This document shows, piece after piece, positions 8,759-10,393 of a stretch of DNA of 10,393 bases (position 1 is its first letter; every line of letters starts with the position of its first letter). The position numbers and the translations under genes are program-made. The stretch lies in NCBI GenBank assembly GCA_049852185.1, contig CP187541.1; one strand, given 5' to 3'. This DNA comes from Methanocaldococcus sp. 28A (GTDB lineage: Archaea > AGJL01 > Methanococci > Methanococcales > Methanocaldococcaceae). Below the pieces are notes generated by a model, which made no database searches, was not told the origin of the DNA, and saw nothing but the letters and a program-made list of their open reading frames with translations.

Positions 8759-10393
8759 ATGAATAATATTAGTCCAAATAATATAAATACTTCACTAAAT
8801 ATCAGTTCCAAATACTCAAATGTAGAAATAAATCCAATATTGAAAGCAAACATTAAAGCTCTTTTGGAATTCCTAAAAGCTAAATTTAACAATTCCATTG
8901 ACTTAGAGAAAGCTGAAAAATTTGCATATAACAGAGGTTTAATAGATGAAAAAGGACACCTCACTGAAAAAGGTATGGAAATTTTAACAGTCTTATTCAG
9001 GTTGTTTCCAGACATTGATTTTACAAATAGTGATGTAATTAAATCAATTGATATTGATAGCATACTTAGAAAGTTAGAGACCCTATCCCAAAATTCCACT
9101 TCTGGAAATGAGTGTTGCCAACAGGAGCCAACAGTTGCCAACTTTGAAACTGAGTATAAATCGTTTGCCAACTTTGAAAAAGACGTGCCAACTTTTGCCA
9201 ACTTTGAAAATAAGATGCCAATAGTTGCCAACAACGAATTGGCAAAAGTTGGCATTGCCAACAACGAATTGGCAAAAGTTGGCATTGCCAACAATACTAT
9301 GATAAATATGACAAATATGGATGATGTGTTATGTGTTATACTCAATAAGTTCGATATCTTAAAAGAAGATATTAGAAAATTAGCAAATGAAATTAGAAAA
9401 GAAAAGAAAATTAGTAAGACTTTCGGCAAATCTTCCTTTTATGACATAATGAAATGGTTATTAACAGATAAATGCGTTGATACTCGATATATTGCTGAGA
9501 ATATAAAGAATCTAAACGCTTCATTGGGTTCCTACAAAGCAGATTTAGCATACCTCAACAAAATAGGATGGATATATGAGGATTTAGATGGGTTATATAA
9601 GTTGAATGTTGAGAAATTTTTATCAGATTTAGAGAGAGCAGGATTGATAAACAAGTTGCATTATGAAAGGGAGTTAGAGAATGCTTCATATAATGAGATA
9701 TGGGACCTTGACCAAAAGTATTACAGTTTAAATGTTGATGAGAATGGGGTTTTTAAGTTTGAATTTGGAGATAAAACACTGGAACAATATTATTTGTCCT
9801 CAATGATATTAAATGAAACAAAAGTATTGATTAATAGGCTACAAAAAGAGTATTTTAAGAATTGGAGAAAAGAAAATTTAAAAGAAATTGTTGATTGTGA
9901 AGATGATACTTTATTGTTTCCGTTAATAAAGTGTCACTTTACGAATATTCCAATATCTGCGACTGAATGTATCCAATATCCAGACCCTTCAAAGGTTGGA
10001 AAACTTGTGGTTGTAGAGGCGGAGATATTAGAGGCAACACCAATAAAGAACATAGTAATTTGTGGAGAGTATTCAGAATATTTAGATGATGACGAGCCAC
10101 ATATAGAATATTTTGACTTGAACACCAAGAAAATTCCAGAAACAATAAAGATTAAGACAGAAGATGGAGTAAAAGAGCTAAAATTAATTAGAAAATACAT
10201 TCATACTGTTCAAGAGTTCCTACTACAACAGCCAATCGATGAATTAAACCCTAAAGAAGAGCCTAAGCCAATAAAGGGAGTGTGGATAGGAGCTGAAGGA
10301 TTGTTTGATATAGGGGCCAAGGTAAGAATTGTTGGAATTTTGGACATCGATAAAAGTGATAGACCTATATCTCCTTATGTAATAAGAATTTTG
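8759..10393 (+). CDS. mcm: MCM-family helicase (copy 3, truncated by the window end)
   Basis: ATGAATAATATT at 8759, and the sequence matches 967-2601 up to the window edge. It is missing from the ORF track because no stop codon is reached. Confidence 0.93.
   Translation, partial: MNNISPNNINTSLNISSKYSNVEINPILKANIKALLEFLKAKFNNSIDLEKAEKFAYNRGLIDEKGHLTEKGMEILTVLFRLFPDIDFTNSDVIKSIDIDSILRKLETLSQNSTSGNECCQQEPTVANFETEYKSFANFEKDVPTFANFENKMPIVANNELAKVGIANNELAKVGIANNTMINMTNMDDVLCVILNKFDILKEDIRKLANEIRKEKKISKTFGKSSFYDIMKWLLTDKCVDTRYIAENIKNLNASLGSYKADLAYLNKIGWIYEDLDGLYKLNVEKFLSDLERAGLINKLHYERELENASYNEIWDLDQKYYSLNVDENGVFKFEFGDKTLEQYYLSSMILNETKVLINRLQKEYFKNWRKENLKEIVDCEDDTLLFPLIKCHFTNIPISATECIQYPDPSKVGKLVVVEAEILEATPIKNIVICGEYSEYLDDDEPHIEYFDLNTKKIPETIKIKTEDGVKELKLIRKYIHTVQEFLLQQPIDELNPKEEPKPIKGVWIGAEGLFDIGAKVRIVGILDIDKSDRPISPYVIRIL

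Larger units (their letters stand above)
1..10393. repeat. Head-to-tail tandem array of a 3,896-bp unit, 2.67 copies (1-3896, 3897-7792, 7793-10393 partial)
   Basis: ACTTATGAGATAATC at position 1 recurs at 3897 and 7793. The ORF track repeats with identical translations at offsets of +3896 and +7792. No unique flanking DNA is present. Confidence 0.98.

Overview
The window is 2.67 head-to-tail copies of one 3,896-bp unit: 1-3896, 3897-7792 and a partial copy at 7793-10393. I found no differences between copies by eye. The simplest reading is a tiny circular archaeal replicon (cryptic plasmid) seen as a concatemer. Each unit has only two convincing genes, both on the + strand. One is a 960-aa MCM-family helicase with a long N-terminal extension containing putative winged-helix domains and a coiled coil. 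The other is a 150-aa acylphosphatase-fold protein with a C-terminal coiled coil. A ~520-bp AT-rich intergenic region separates them. Low GC, AGA/ATA codon use, GGAGGTG/AGGTGA ribosome-binding sites and the gene families suggest a Methanococcales-type host (inference). There are three notable non-gene signals. (i) An array of GCCAAC boxes on a strict 10-bp lattice, in all three reading frames, lies inside the mcm gene and is a candidate intragenic iteron origin. (ii) A 34-bp sequence is shared exactly between the intergenic region and the mcm coding sequence. (iii) A GC-rich leader hairpin has a 3' arm that can alternatively pair with the mcm ribosome-binding site. Together these suggest a minimal replicon in which one protein acts as both initiator and helicase. 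Sub-features are given for copy 1 and recur at +3896 and +7792.
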